Positions 17,105 to 27,063 of a stretch of DNA of 64,000 nt are shown here, in pieces (position 1 is the first letter of the stretch; each line of letters opens with the position of its first letter). The notes below the pieces were generated by a model, which worked only from the letters and a program-made list of their open reading frames with translations, did no database searches and was not told where the DNA came from. The DNA lies in IMG/VR virus record IMGVR_UViG_3300006145_000010; one strand, 5' to 3'. The translations under genes and the position numbers were made by a program. This stretch comes from an uncultured virus (IMG/VR IMGVR_UViG_3300006145_000010) (Duplodnaviria > Heunggongvirae > Uroviricota > Caudoviricetes).

Positions 17105-18631
17105 ATGGGCAGGAACAGAAGGAAGGTGTATGCCGGGGCGCGCCGCGGTCATGGCGCGCGGGTGAAGATGAACCGGGAACCGGAAACGGCGCGGAGGGAG
17201 ATGTGGGGAGGGTATGCGGCCGCGTTGCAGTTCGGAGGCTCCAGCGTGTTATACTGGCCTACGCTGGACAGCCGGTTTGAAGTGGATTCCTGGACGCTGG
17301 ACCGGGTTTGGCGGAATGCGCGGAATCTGGAAGCGAATTCCGGGCTTGCCGGGAAGGCCGTGGCGGATGTGGTGGAGTTGCTGGGCTGGCTGGTGCCCCA
17401 TGCCTGCACGGCGGATGAAGACTGGAATCATGAGGCGGACCAGATTTTTATGAATCGGGCCGTGAATCCGGAATTGTTTGACGCCCGCGGAGAGCTGAAT
17501 TTTTTTACGGCGCAGATATGGAGCGAGCGGCAGCGCGTGATTGACGGCGATATGCTGACGGTACTGACCAGCGGGCCGGATGACGGCGGGGCGTTCGCGT
17601 TTTACGAGGCTCCGCAAGTGCAATCTCCGGCTGATGGGGGGCAGGCGTGGAATTGCGGCGTGATGCGGGATAAAAACGGGAGGACGGCGGCTTACGGGCT
17701 GCGGCATCCGGACAAGGGGGAGGTGACGGTGATTCCGGCCCGTGATGCTATTTTGTACCGGCACAACATGGGCGGAGGGAAGCCGCGCGGCCTGTCCGAT
17801 TTGCACCGCGCTATCCGGAATTTGCATGATGAGGCGGATATTGTGGGGTATGTCAAGCAGTCTGCCAAGCTGGCCGCCTCCGTTGGGCTGGTAGAAACGG
17901 GGGACGCGGAGAAACGGCCGGGCATGGGGACCGTGGGCAAGGTGTCCGTGGGGCCGGACGGGCGCAGGGTGGAGCAGGTGTTAGGGGGGCCTACTGTCCA
18001 CCAGCTTCCGCCCGGCCGGGATTTGAAGGTGCTGACGGATAACAGGCCGTCTCCTAATGTGATGGCGTTGCTGAAGCATTTGATGGATGAGGTGGCTTAT
18101 GGCATCGGGCTTTCTCCGGCGTTGCTGTGGGAGCCTGACAAGTTGGGAAGCGGCGGCATCCGGTTTGTGATGCAGAAGCTGAAGCGTTGGCTGAAAATCA
18201 GGCATGCCTACAGGCAAATGTGGTGCGTGCGGGTGTGGCGTTTCATGCTGGCGCGGGAAATGGCCCTGGGACGGCTGCGCTTGTGCCGGGATCCGCATTG
18301 GGTGCGGTGCCTGTGGACGCCCATGAGCGACATGACTATTGACCTGGGCCGGGAAGGGAATCTGATGATTAACCTGGTGGATTCCGCTCTGGCGGATCAG
18401 GATGGCTGGTGCCTTGCCAATTACGGATGCACGTTTGAGGAAATCGTGAATAACAAGATACGGAATTTGAAGATGGCTAAAGAAGCCTGCGCCCGGAACG
18501 GACTGACCCTGCAAGAGGTGATTCCGGGAGCGAACCGCGGCGGGGTAGCCGCGGCGGCGGAGAAACCGGAAGATGAAGAGCCGGGAACGGGCGGCGGGGA
18601 AGAGGAAGATGGCTTGCATCCCCATGAATAG
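17105..18631 (+). CDS. Portal protein, lambda family
   Basis: RNARNLEANSG, IDGD, PRGLSDL, LPPGRDL motifs; synteny. Confidence 0.88.
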   Translation: MGRNRRKVYAGARRGHGARVKMNREPETARREMWGGYAAALQFGGSSVLYWPTLDSRFEVDSWTLDRVWRNARNLEANSGLAGKAVADVVELLGWLVPHACTADEDWNHEADQIFMNRAVNPELFDARGELNFFTAQIWSERQRVIDGDMLTVLTSGPDDGGAFAFYEAPQVQSPADGGQAWNCGVMRDKNGRTAAYGLRHPDKGEVTVIPARDAILYRHNMGGGKPRGLSDLHRAIRNLHDEADIVGYVKQSAKLAASVGLVETGDAEKRPGMGTVGKVSVGPDGRRVEQVLGGPTVHQLPPGRDLKVLTDNRPSPNVMALLKHLMDEVAYGIGLSPALLWEPDKLGSGGIRFVMQKLKRWLKIRHAYRQMWCVRVWRFMLAREMALGRLRLCRDPHWVRCLWTPMSDMTIDLGREGNLMINLVDSALADQDGWCLANYGCTFEEIVNNKIRNLKMAKEACARNGLTLQEVIPGANRGGVAAAAEKPEDEEPGTGGGEEEDGLHPHE

Positions 18632-18634
18632 CAA

Positions 18635-18658
18635 TTTTGAAAAAGCTCCTGAAGGGTA
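18635..18658 (+). promoter_or_regulatory. Phage A late-gene motif, copy 2
   Basis: Exact 24-bp match, upstream of the Clp protease gene. Confidence 0.75.
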
Positions 18659-18675
18659 CAGAACAGTAATAAGTG

Positions 18676-19794
18676 ATGAATAAGATTGTTTTTGCGCAGA
18701 TGGCGGCACGGCTGGAAGGCGGTGCCGGTGAACAGAAAAAAACGGGCATGCTTGCCTTTTCCCGCATCATGGAGGCGGAAGAGAAGGTAGGGGTGGCTAC
18801 CATTTCCGGTTATATCGGTTACGGCAATGCCACGGTTGACGAATTTACGAAGCACCTTGAAGAGCTGAAGGCGGAGGGGTGCACGAAGTTTGAAGTCATC
18901 CTGAATTCCATGGGCGGCAATTTGTTTGAGGCGTCCGGGATTTACGACATTATCAAGGGGTGCGGGATGGAGGTGACGGCCAAAATTTACGGGGTAGCCG
19001 CTTCCGCCGCGACGCTGATTGCCTGTGCGGCGGGCCGTGTGCTGATTTCGGAAAATTCCCGTTATATGGTCCACCGGGCGCGCGGGTGCGCGGTGGGGAC
19101 GGTGGAAGAGATTGAGGCTTACGCGGCGGATCTGAAGGACGCGGAAGGGCAAGTGACAGGCATTTACGCGGGGCGTACCGGAAAGAGCCCGGAAGACGTG
19201 CTGGCCGTGCTGAACGCGGAGACGTGGATGAACGCGGAAACGGCCGTGAAGGAAGGCTGGTGTGACGAAGTGATTTCTCCGTCCGCTGCGGAGTCCGGCC
19301 AAAAGGAAACGGCCGCGCCGGGGAAAGAAGAGGACGGCGGCGGGGAAGAGGAAGACCCTGACGAAGAAGAGAAGGGAGGGCCGCCGCAGAATTACACGGT
19401 ATTGCGCCGCATGATGGCCGCCGTGGGGCTTGCCGGGAAAAACAGCGTGGAGGAACTGGAACGGGAAGTTGCCCGGCTGGTGGCCGAAAACGAAAGGCTG
19501 GCGGCGGAAAATGACGGGTTCCGGGGCATGCAGGGGCAGCAGGCGCGCGTGATGGAGGCGCACGAGCGGGAATTTGAGCAACGCGTGAAGGAGGCCGTTG
19601 TGCGGGAAATGGCGGTTATGGGGGTTGCTCCGGTAGGGTTGCCGCCCGCGGAGGGAGCCACGGAAGAGCACGGAAAGAAAGAACCTGCCATGACGAACGA
19701 AAAGCTGAGGGAGATGGCCGCGCAGGATGCGCTGGAATGGATTATGGGGCATCCGCAGGAGGCCGCGCGGCTGGCGGAGCAGCCGGGGAAATAG
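18676..19794 (+). CDS. ClpP-like prohead protease with scaffold C-terminus
   Basis: LNSMGG, GVAASAA, YMVH, ETWMNAETAVKEGWCD; coiled-coil tail. Confidence 0.9.
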   Translation: MNKIVFAQMAARLEGGAGEQKKTGMLAFSRIMEAEEKVGVATISGYIGYGNATVDEFTKHLEELKAEGCTKFEVILNSMGGNLFEASGIYDIIKGCGMEVTAKIYGVAASAATLIACAAGRVLISENSRYMVHRARGCAVGTVEEIEAYAADLKDAEGQVTGIYAGRTGKSPEDVLAVLNAETWMNAETAVKEGWCDEVISPSAAESGQKETAAPGKEEDGGGEEEDPDEEEKGGPPQNYTVLRRMMAAVGLAGKNSVEELEREVARLVAENERLAAENDGFRGMQGQQARVMEAHEREFEQRVKEAVVREMAVMGVAPVGLPPAEGATEEHGKKEPAMTNEKLREMAAQDALEWIMGHPQEAARLAEQPGK

Positions 19795-19849
19795 CATCTT
19801 GGCCGCCATAGATAGATTTTTACTAACAAAACGCAAACATAAATAAAAT

Positions 19850-20812
19850 ATGAACAAGAAAACATTGATGAACATCCCGCGGAATGCCGTGATGGAAGGA
19901 AATGATGTCGCCGCTCTGAACTGGACCATTGTTTCACAGGCGGCTATTGCCACCCTGGAGGAAGAATTGGCTTCAATCAGCCGGTTTTCTCTGGATGTCT
20001 CCGGCGAATTCAAGACGGACGGCGATTCCGTCAAGGTGGAAGTGATTGACGGAGCCGGGGAGGCGTTGAAAAATACGGAAGACTGGAATCAAAGCGAGCT
20101 GAAAACCAGCTCCGTTTCCGTGACGCTGAACCGTTATTCCCGGCCGGCTGGCCTGTCCTATAAGGAAAGGAAAAGCGGGGTGCAGCTTGCGAATAAAGTG
20201 CAAACGCTTGTGCGGACGGTCGCCAAAGCGTTTTGGAAGGACCTGATGGCCGCCATAGCCGATTCCGGGGCGGAAGTGGTGAATATTGGCCCGCGGGCCG
20301 GGTTCAAGCCGGAAATGATGGCGGATGTGATTTGGCCGTCCATGACTAATGGCGCGGATGCCGTTTATTTGGACCGGATGTATTATTCCAGGCTGATTCC
20401 CACGAATGCGCTTGCTCTTAACCTGGCGGACGGGGCTTATTCCATTCCGGGGGGAATTCACTACGTGGAAGGGGTGAACGTGCTTGCCGGGAATGCCGGG
20501 GTTGGTTTTGCGACGCGACCGGACGCGCTGGCCGTTGCCGTCCGTCTTCCGAATATTGACCCGAAGCTGAATTTGGAAACGCAGGTGGTGGAATCTCCTA
20601 AGCTGGGGATTTCCCTGCTGCTGAAGTGCTGGCCTGACCAGGGGACGGAAACGGTTTACATTTCCGCGGAGCTTTTGGCCGGCGTGGCGGTGGGCAATAA
20701 GAACCATTTGCGACAGCTTTCCGGCGCAGCTCCGGAGACGGAGGCGGAAGGTGGAAGCGTTGAGGACGGCGGCGGGGAAGAAACAGGGCCGACTGAAGAG
20801 GAAGGGGCCTGA
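19850..20812 (+). CDS. Major capsid protein (phage A)
   Basis: 320 aa, follows the protease, followed by terminator 20852-20889; GDSVKV motif. Confidence 0.75.
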   Translation: MNKKTLMNIPRNAVMEGNDVAALNWTIVSQAAIATLEEELASISRFSLDVSGEFKTDGDSVKVEVIDGAGEALKNTEDWNQSELKTSSVSVTLNRYSRPAGLSYKERKSGVQLANKVQTLVRTVAKAFWKDLMAAIADSGAEVVNIGPRAGFKPEMMADVIWPSMTNGADAVYLDRMYYSRLIPTNALALNLADGAYSIPGGIHYVEGVNVLAGNAGVGFATRPDALAVAVRLPNIDPKLNLETQVVESPKLGISLLLKCWPDQGTETVYISAELLAGVAVGNKNHLRQLSGAAPETEAEGGSVEDGGGEETGPTEEEGA

Positions 20813-20900
20813 CGGGTTTTTGGCGGAATCATAGGTAAAAGAGAGCAAAGGACCGGCGCGCGGGGTGTCAATTCCGTGCGCCGGTTTTTGTTGAACGGAT

Positions 20901-21221
20901 ATGAGCTTATCAGGAGAAATAAAAAAATTGCTGGACCTTGGGGATCATGAGCAGGAAGAAGCCTGGGGGGAGCGCGTGACGGTGGACGGCCAGGAATGCC
21001 GGGGCGTTTTTGCGCCGCTGGAAGGCTGGTATGAGGTGGAGCTTGGAGGCCGGGTGTGCAAGGTGCAAACGTCCCTGCGCGTGCGGCGGAAGGCGTTGAA
21101 GGGCGTTCCCGCGGCCGGGCGGAAGGTGGTGGCGGTCCGAAGCGGTAGGGCCTTCCGCATTGCGCGGGTGCGTGACTGGGCCGGAGACGTGGCCCTGGTG
21201 CTGGAGTTGTCCGAAGTATAG
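20901..21221 (+). CDS. Head-tail joining protein
   Basis: Size and position after the capsid gene. Confidence 0.6.
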   Translation: MSLSGEIKKLLDLGDHEQEEAWGERVTVDGQECRGVFAPLEGWYEVELGGRVCKVQTSLRVRRKALKGVPAAGRKVVAVRSGRAFRIARVRDWAGDVALVLELSEV

Positions 21222-21236
21222 CCGGAAGGGGGGCGA

Positions 21237-22013
21237 ATGGCGCAAGTCAGGTATAAAGTGGATATTTCCCGCGTGCTGAAAAGGCTGGCGGAGGTGAAGA
21301 AGGTGGGGGCTGACGGCATCAGGGAATTGACCCTTGAATATGCCAAGAGGGCCGCAAGCAAGGCCATACGCACCACGCCGCCGAACAGCCTGAAGAATGG
21401 CGGAAACGGAAAAAGAGCGTTGGAGGAACATATTGCGCGGGATATTGGCGGGGATCCGTTGGAAACGGATGTGAGGATGAAGCGCGGTGAGGATGGAAGG
21501 CCGGTGCCCTATGCTTACCCCCGGAAGAAGCGCGGCGGGGTGTTGCTGGGGGTGCGCGGGAAAAAGTTTAAGGGCATGGCCACCGTTTCCGCGGATGCGT
21601 TTTTGCGGAGCCATACCCTGCTGAAAATGGGCCGGAAAAGCAGCGTGCGCGTGCTGAAGGGCGGCGGCCTGATGTCTCCGGGAGTGGCGCAGGCGGGAGA
21701 CGTGCGAAGGGCTTTGGCGGAGCGGCGGCGGCACGTGGGGAGGATGGCGGCCGGGTGGCTGCGGGGCGCGCAGGTGGCCGGGCTGAAGAAGGTGCCCGCG
21801 TGGATCGCGCGGCACGCCTCCCATTATGACGGCGCGGCTTCTTTGACGGTTCAGGGCGGCCGGGTGCGGTTTGAGATGGAGAATTGCCCGGAATATCCTG
21901 ACCGGGGGCAGCTTTCCCGCGTGGCGGCGTATGCGCTGAATTCTGCGGGCCGGGATATGCGGAAGGTAATCAAGGGGTATGTGGCCAAGTTGAAAAAGGA
22001 GCTTAATTCATGA
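21237..22013 (+). CDS. Neck/tail-completion protein
   Basis: Basic protein at the usual neck position. Confidence 0.5.
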   Translation: MAQVRYKVDISRVLKRLAEVKKVGADGIRELTLEYAKRAASKAIRTTPPNSLKNGGNGKRALEEHIARDIGGDPLETDVRMKRGEDGRPVPYAYPRKKRGGVLLGVRGKKFKGMATVSADAFLRSHTLLKMGRKSSVRVLKGGGLMSPGVAQAGDVRRALAERRRHVGRMAAGWLRGAQVAGLKKVPAWIARHASHYDGAASLTVQGGRVRFEMENCPEYPDRGQLSRVAAYALNSAGRDMRKVIKGYVAKLKKELNS

Positions 22014-22474
22014 TGACACAGGCAGATTGTTTGATTAAGGCGGTGATTGCGTGCCTGGAGGCGCGTTTTCAGGAAGACAGGGGGAACACGGAACGGGGGA
22101 TTCCGGACGGGTTCCCGGTGCCGTTGAAGATGGCGGTGGACGAAGACCGGGAAGGGAAGGAATATGCGTTGTTCCAGGCGGCGGAAATGGAGGAAATTGT
22201 GGCCGGGTACTGTACGTATCACGCCGGAATATCCGTGGATTTGCATTTGGACGCCAATGACCGGACGGCGGATGAAATACGGATGTTGCAGGCGTGGATG
22301 GAAGAGCGGCTGAAGGAAGTGGACCGCGCCGGGCTGAATGCCGTGGAGAGCCCGCGGCCCTATCGGAATTTCCTGGTCATAGGCAAGGTAAGGCTGGGGC
22401 CCGCGCAGGATGCGGCGGCGGAGGAAGGCGCGTTTGCGGTGACTTGGAAAATGACGGTGCCCGTGCAGTTTTGA
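22010..22474 (+). CDS. Tail terminator (putative)
   Basis: Position just before the tail tube gene. Confidence 0.5.
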   Translation: MMTQADCLIKAVIACLEARFQEDRGNTERGIPDGFPVPLKMAVDEDREGKEYALFQAAEMEEIVAGYCTYHAGISVDLHLDANDRTADEIRMLQAWMEERLKEVDRAGLNAVESPRPYRNFLVIGKVRLGPAQDAAAEEGAFAVTWKMTVPVQF

Positions 22475-22492
22475 AAAAGCTCCTGAATGGTA
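22469..22492 (+). promoter_or_regulatory. Phage A late-gene motif, copy 3
   Basis: 23/24 match, upstream of the tail tube gene. Confidence 0.7.
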
Positions 22493-22528
22493 GATAGATG
22501 AACTCTAACACGAAAGGAAATAGATTAT

Positions 22529-22909
22529 ATGCCTGCACATATTGGAGACGTGCCCAAATACGGTATTGATTCGCCGGAACAGGGTATTTTTGTTGAGTCG
22601 ATCGACTTTGACGGCCAACAGGAAATTTATGAACAGAAAAACAATGTTGGGAAAAAGTGTGGTTTGGTGATTGTAGATGAAGAACTTTCTTTTTCCATGT
22701 CCGGCGCGGTTTTATCAACCGGCTCTTCATCTTTGAAGATGGGGGGGACGCTGGCGCTTGCCAATGAAATTCCGCAGATTTGGCACACCCCTCCCACCGG
22801 AACCACGGTCTTCCTGAAGGGGGTGAAGCGCAGTTTGAAGAACACGGACGCGCAGAAGATGGACGTGAGCGGCACTGTTTACGGGTTCGGGTCGTCTTCG
22901 GCTGTCTGA
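22529..22909 (+). CDS. Major tail tube protein (putative)
   Basis: 126 aa, beta-rich, upstream of the chaperones and tape measure. Confidence 0.6.
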   Translation: MPAHIGDVPKYGIDSPEQGIFVESIDFDGQQEIYEQKNNVGKKCGLVIVDEELSFSMSGAVLSTGSSSLKMGGTLALANEIPQIWHTPPTGTTVFLKGVKRSLKNTDAQKMDVSGTVYGFGSSSAV

Positions 22910-22941
22910 AGCTTGAATAAAAAAGTTAGATAGTAAGATTG

Positions 22942-23415
22942 ATGAATGCCGCAGACAATAAAAAACTGGAAAGTGATGTGGTAGTTTTTACCGAAAACGC
23001 CTCCAGATACGAAACGGAAAACACCATGCTTGCCGCGTTGCTGCTGACGCTGGGAGTAAACATGAAATGCACGTCCGGAAGCGTGCTGATAGGCAGCGGC
23101 GCGCGCCTTTCCGCGCCGGGCGGGGTGATTACCTGGCAATTTGAGCCGAAAAGCGAAGATGGAAGGTTTAGGACGGAGGAAGTAATCAAGCTTTTCGGGG
23201 ATAAGAATTGGCTGACTGACCCGGAAAATGAAAGCCCGCTGGCTTACGTGGCGTGCGCGTTCCATAATTACAAGCGGCTGCTGGATTTTGTGAAAAGCCA
23301 GGTGCCGCTTGCCGTCATCCGCAAGGGGAAAAGGAAGGCCCTGGTGCGGTTGGATGCGGATCCGTATTGGCAGGGCGTGGCGGAGGGTTTTCTTGGCGGC
23401 CGGCCTTTAATCTAA
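22942..23415 (+). CDS. Hypothetical tail-region protein
   Basis: ORF in the late operon. Confidence 0.55.
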   Translation: MNAADNKKLESDVVVFTENASRYETENTMLAALLLTLGVNMKCTSGSVLIGSGARLSAPGGVITWQFEPKSEDGRFRTEEVIKLFGDKNWLTDPENESPLAYVACAFHNYKRLLDFVKSQVPLAVIRKGKRKALVRLDADPYWQGVAEGFLGGRPLI

Positions 23416-23444
23416 CTTAATTGACAACCAAAAAAGCAAGAAAG

Positions 23445-23942
23445 ATGGAACTACAGGAACATGAAAGGCGCGCCCTGACGGAAGCGGCGTTGATCGGGGG
23501 AAATGAATTCCGCTGGAAGAGCTACCGGCTGCGGTGTATGACCCTGGGGAGCATGCTGCAGTTGCAGCGCATCGGGAATCCTTACAGCCGCTTGGGGGAA
23601 ATTAACCTGGGCCCAGATGAAAACGGGCGGCATCCGTCCATGTGGGAAGCCCTGGGCGTAACCGACAAGGCGCAAATTGTCTATTATCTGGCGGAATTCC
23701 TGTGGGTCCACATGGGAAACCGGGAGGAAGTCAGGGAAGGGGTTTTTGCGCCGGAGGAAGACCGGCGCGCCCTGGTGGAAGCGGCTGCTATGAACATTCC
23801 CGGCCGGGATTTGGTGGAACTGGAATGCGCCGTGCTGGGGGATATAGAAGTGATTCAGGCGGGCATGGTGAATCCGGAGCCGGAAGGGGAGGATGAAGAG
23901 GACCCTTTAGGGCGTGGCCGTCCTGGGGCGCGGCCATGCTGA
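23445..23942 (+). CDS. Tail assembly chaperone (G-like)
   Basis: Before the tape measure; slippery C CCT TTA at 23903-23909. Confidence 0.7.
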   Translation: MELQEHERRALTEAALIGGNEFRWKSYRLRCMTLGSMLQLQRIGNPYSRLGEINLGPDENGRHPSMWEALGVTDKAQIVYYLAEFLWVHMGNREEVREGVFAPEEDRRALVEAAAMNIPGRDLVELECAVLGDIEVIQAGMVNPEPEGEDEEDPLGRGRPGARPC

Positions 23943-24151
23943 TGACGGTGGCGCGTGCCACGGGCTGGCCGGAGCGGGAAATTCTGTGGGAAATTCCGCT
24001 GGCGCGGCTGGTGCAGTACGTGCATGCGGTCTGGAGCTATGACGCGACGCCGTGCCGGTGGAGCTGCTACACGGAACCCTCCGGGCATGTGGGGGACGTG
24101 CTGGAGCAGGCCCGGGAAGCGTGGAGAAAACAGGTGGAGGGGCTGGAGTGA
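23903..24151 (+). CDS. Tail assembly chaperone -1 frameshift extension (GT-like)
   Basis: -1 frame is open from 23903 through ORF 23936-24151; GWPEREILWEIPL. Confidence 0.7.
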   Translation, partial: PFRAWPSWGAAMLMTVARATGWPEREILWEIPLARLVQYVHAVWSYDATPCRWSCYTEPSGHVGDVLEQAREAWRKQVEGLE

Positions 24152-24161
24152 TCCGGCCTCT

Positions 24162-24362
24162 TCATTTTTTGTGGCAGATGAGCCAGAAAATAAGGATGGG
24201 AATAAGGATGATAGCCCAGCTTGCCGGATCTGTCAGTATTTCCAGAAGAGGCAGGAAGAAGCCAAGAAGGAAAATGATTCCGATAATGAAGATGATCACA
24301 AGACCTGTTTTTTGTAACAGATACAGCAAGATTTCCATGATGGAGGAAAACACGAAATCCAT
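24162..24362 (-). CDS. Small two-TM membrane protein (moron)
   Basis: Very hydrophobic 66 aa, counter-oriented, AT-rich upstream region. Confidence 0.65.
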   Translation of the reverse strand: MDFVFSSIMEILLYLLQKTGLVIIFIIGIIFLLGFFLPLLEILTDPASWAIILIPILIFWLICHKK

Positions 24363-24400
24363 TTAATTATTTTTTATATTATCAGTCAATGTAAAATATT

Positions 24401-27028
24401 ATGAGCGAAGGCGCAGTTATTAAAATAGATGGTGATGCGAGCGGCTTTATTGCCGCAACGGAGGAAAGTAAGAGAGCGGCAAGCGGCATGTCCGAAGCCT
24501 TACAGGGGGCCGTGGGCGGAAGCACAGGGGAGGCCGTGAAGGGGCTGAAGGGCATGGATCAGGAGGGCCGGAAGGCGTGTAAACGGCTGAATGCGGGGCT
24601 TATCAATATGAGTGCCACTATTACGGCGGTAGGGGCCGGCATTAACGGCCTGCGGGCAGGCTGGGGCAAGTTTTCCGCCATGCTGGCGGGCGGGGATGAC
24701 CTGGAGAGAGTAACCCGGCGCATGGAGGCATTCACGGGCGGCGCGTCAAGCGCGGCGGAAGCGGCGCGGGATGTGGTGGATTTTGCTGATACGCCTCCAT
24801 TCGGGCTGGAGGAAACGCAACGGGCGGCGCAGTTGCTTCTTGGTTGCGGCGTCAGGGCGAGCGAGTTAAAAAGCACATTGGAGGCTCTTGGTAATGTGGC
24901 TGCGGGCGGCGGAATGAGTTTGGAGCAAATAGGCATCCGTCTTTCTAAAGCTTTCCAAACTGGCCGCGTAACTATGGAAGTTTTGGAGCCGCTAATGAAT
25001 AGCGGTATTAACGTTATGGGCGTGCTGGGTCAACGAACAGGAAAGACCAGGGCGGAATTGCAAAAGATGATGACGGAGGGAACAATTGGTTTCCGGGATT
25101 TGAAGGGGGCTTTAGTCTCCATGGGATCTGCCGGAGGGCAGTTTGCGGGAGCCATGGAGAAAAATACGCAGGACATTGAGAACAGGGTGGAGACCCTGAA
25201 AGGCAAGGTTGGGGCCTTGAGCCGGGTTTTTGCTGAACCGGTAACAGGCGGCATCAAAGATGCTATGGACTCCATAGGCGCGTCATGGTCCGGTCATGGT
25301 CCGGAGGTGGAGCGCGGCTTGAGGAAAACGGGCGAATTGCTGGGTCAAATCGTGAAAGCGGCCGCGCCTATTATTTCCGTAGTAGGAAAAGGGCTGGCAA
25401 CGGTAGCCGCGGGCGGCGATCGGCTTCACGGGATGCTCCGGAATGGAATTTTGGCGTGGGTAGCGTGGAAGGCGGCCGGCAGTTCCGCCGGGGCAGCAGT
25501 AGGTCAGGCTGTGCTGTCTGCGGGGAGGACGTGGCAAACAGGATTTAATAATGCGCTTGTGTTATCCGGGCAGAGGACGCGGAGCGTGATGGGGGATATA
25601 CAGGCATTAGGGGCTTCTGCTCGTTCGCAGGCGGCGCGGATGGGGGCTGCGTTTAAGGGGGTGGGGGCAAGTTTGGCTTCCGGCTTGAAGGGGCCGGCCA
25701 TTATGGGAGCTATTGCGGCTATTTCCGTAGCCGTGGAAGAGCTTTACAAGGCGAGCCATGAGGCAAGCGGGGTGGCCTCAAAGGGAGAAATGGACAAAAA
25801 GAAAAATTTCAAACGGTCTAATGATGATTTTGATGAACGCGTGTGGAAGATGGCCGGAGAGGCGGCCAGCAAGCAGGACGTGGGGCGCGTCATGGATGAA
25901 TATGACGCTGAAATTAAACGCCTGAAGCGCGAAGAAGAAGACCTGCTGGCGGAAGATCCGCTGGGGAGAATGACGGTTGCGGTGCAGGATAGGCTGGTGC
26001 TGTTGCAACGTGAGCGGAAGGAGTTGCAGCAGGTGGCGGAAGCGAACGCGAAAGCGGCGGAGACGCGGGAACGGGCGGCGCAGCGCGGGCAGCAGACGGA
26101 AGAGGCACGGAAGAAGACGCTGGAGAAAATCAGGGAAATACAAGATGAATTGTTATCCCTGGATTATGACCGGGCGGAAGAAGAGAGGGAGAGGCGGCGC
26201 AGCGGAATGGGGCTGGAGGACCGGAAAAAAGACCTGCTGGGAGGATATGGGAGCATGGAGGGCCTCAAGAAGGCCATTGCGGAGCAGAAAGCCCTGCTGG
26301 ATGGCGGGGACGCCGTGGACGGCATGTTGAATCTGGAGGGGGTGGAATCCAGAATCAAGAGCCTGTATGAATTGCTTGGCAAGGTGGAAGAGGTGGATCG
26401 TGAAATAGTGGAGCGGAATAAGGAATGGGACAAGGCGGAAGCCAAACACCAGAAGCAGGCTGCCCTGCTGCGCGCGGAAATTCACGGGCAGAAGGATAAG
26501 CTGCGCGTGTTGCAGGAGCAGGCGCGCGTGCTGGAGCTGCAAAACCAATATGAGGCGGATGGCATGAGCAAGGCCCGCGCCGGCGCGGCGGCCCGTGAAA
26601 TAGCCGCCCTGGAGCAGAACAGGAACCGGGCGCAGACCGGGCGCGAATACCGCCGGCAAATGGCCCTGTTGAAAGCTCAGGCGGAGGGAAACAAGGCGGA
26701 AGAGCGGCGGCTGAAGATGGCGGAGCGCATGAAGGAAATTTATGACCAGCAGCGCGGCTTGGGGATAGACAGGAAGACGGCCATGAGGCGTGCCCGCGGC
26801 ATGGCCGGGTTGGAGGATATGGTGGAGCGGCGGAAGGACCGGAAGGAAGGGAGCGGACCCATAGCGGACAGTCTGGCGCAAGTGGGCGGCGGGGGCCGCT
26901 CCATGATGGGGAGCATGCCGCAACTTACGGAAGCGAGGAAGCAGACAAATTTGCTTCAGCAGATCGTGAAAAACACGGGCGCGGGGCGGAGGGAAACCCT
27001 GAAAACGGCGGCCAGGCTGGGATATTGA
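24401..27028 (+). CDS. Tape measure protein
   Basis: FADTPPFGLEE...LGNVAAG tape-measure domain; Ala/Gly-rich, coiled coil. Confidence 0.9.
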   Translation: MSEGAVIKIDGDASGFIAATEESKRAASGMSEALQGAVGGSTGEAVKGLKGMDQEGRKACKRLNAGLINMSATITAVGAGINGLRAGWGKFSAMLAGGDDLERVTRRMEAFTGGASSAAEAARDVVDFADTPPFGLEETQRAAQLLLGCGVRASELKSTLEALGNVAAGGGMSLEQIGIRLSKAFQTGRVTMEVLEPLMNSGINVMGVLGQRTGKTRAELQKMMTEGTIGFRDLKGALVSMGSAGGQFAGAMEKNTQDIENRVETLKGKVGALSRVFAEPVTGGIKDAMDSIGASWSGHGPEVERGLRKTGELLGQIVKAAAPIISVVGKGLATVAAGGDRLHGMLRNGILAWVAWKAAGSSAGAAVGQAVLSAGRTWQTGFNNALVLSGQRTRSVMGDIQALGASARSQAARMGAAFKGVGASLASGLKGPAIMGAIAAISVAVEELYKASHEASGVASKGEMDKKKNFKRSNDDFDERVWKMAGEAASKQDVGRVMDEYDAEIKRLKREEEDLLAEDPLGRMTVAVQDRLVLLQRERKELQQVAEANAKAAETRERAAQRGQQTEEARKKTLEKIREIQDELLSLDYDRAEEERERRRSGMGLEDRKKDLLGGYGSMEGLKKAIAEQKALLDGGDAVDGMLNLEGVESRIKSLYELLGKVEEVDREIVERNKEWDKAEAKHQKQAALLRAEIHGQKDKLRVLQEQARVLELQNQYEADGMSKARAGAAAREIAALEQNRNRAQTGREYRRQMALLKAQAEGNKAEERRLKMAERMKEIYDQQRGLGIDRKTAMRRARGMAGLEDMVERRKDRKEGSGPIADSLAQVGGGGRSMMGSMPQLTEARKQTNLLQQIVKNTGAGRRETLKTAARLGY

Positions 27029-27063
27029 AATAGCCGCTAAATGATAGAGAGATAATAATAAAT

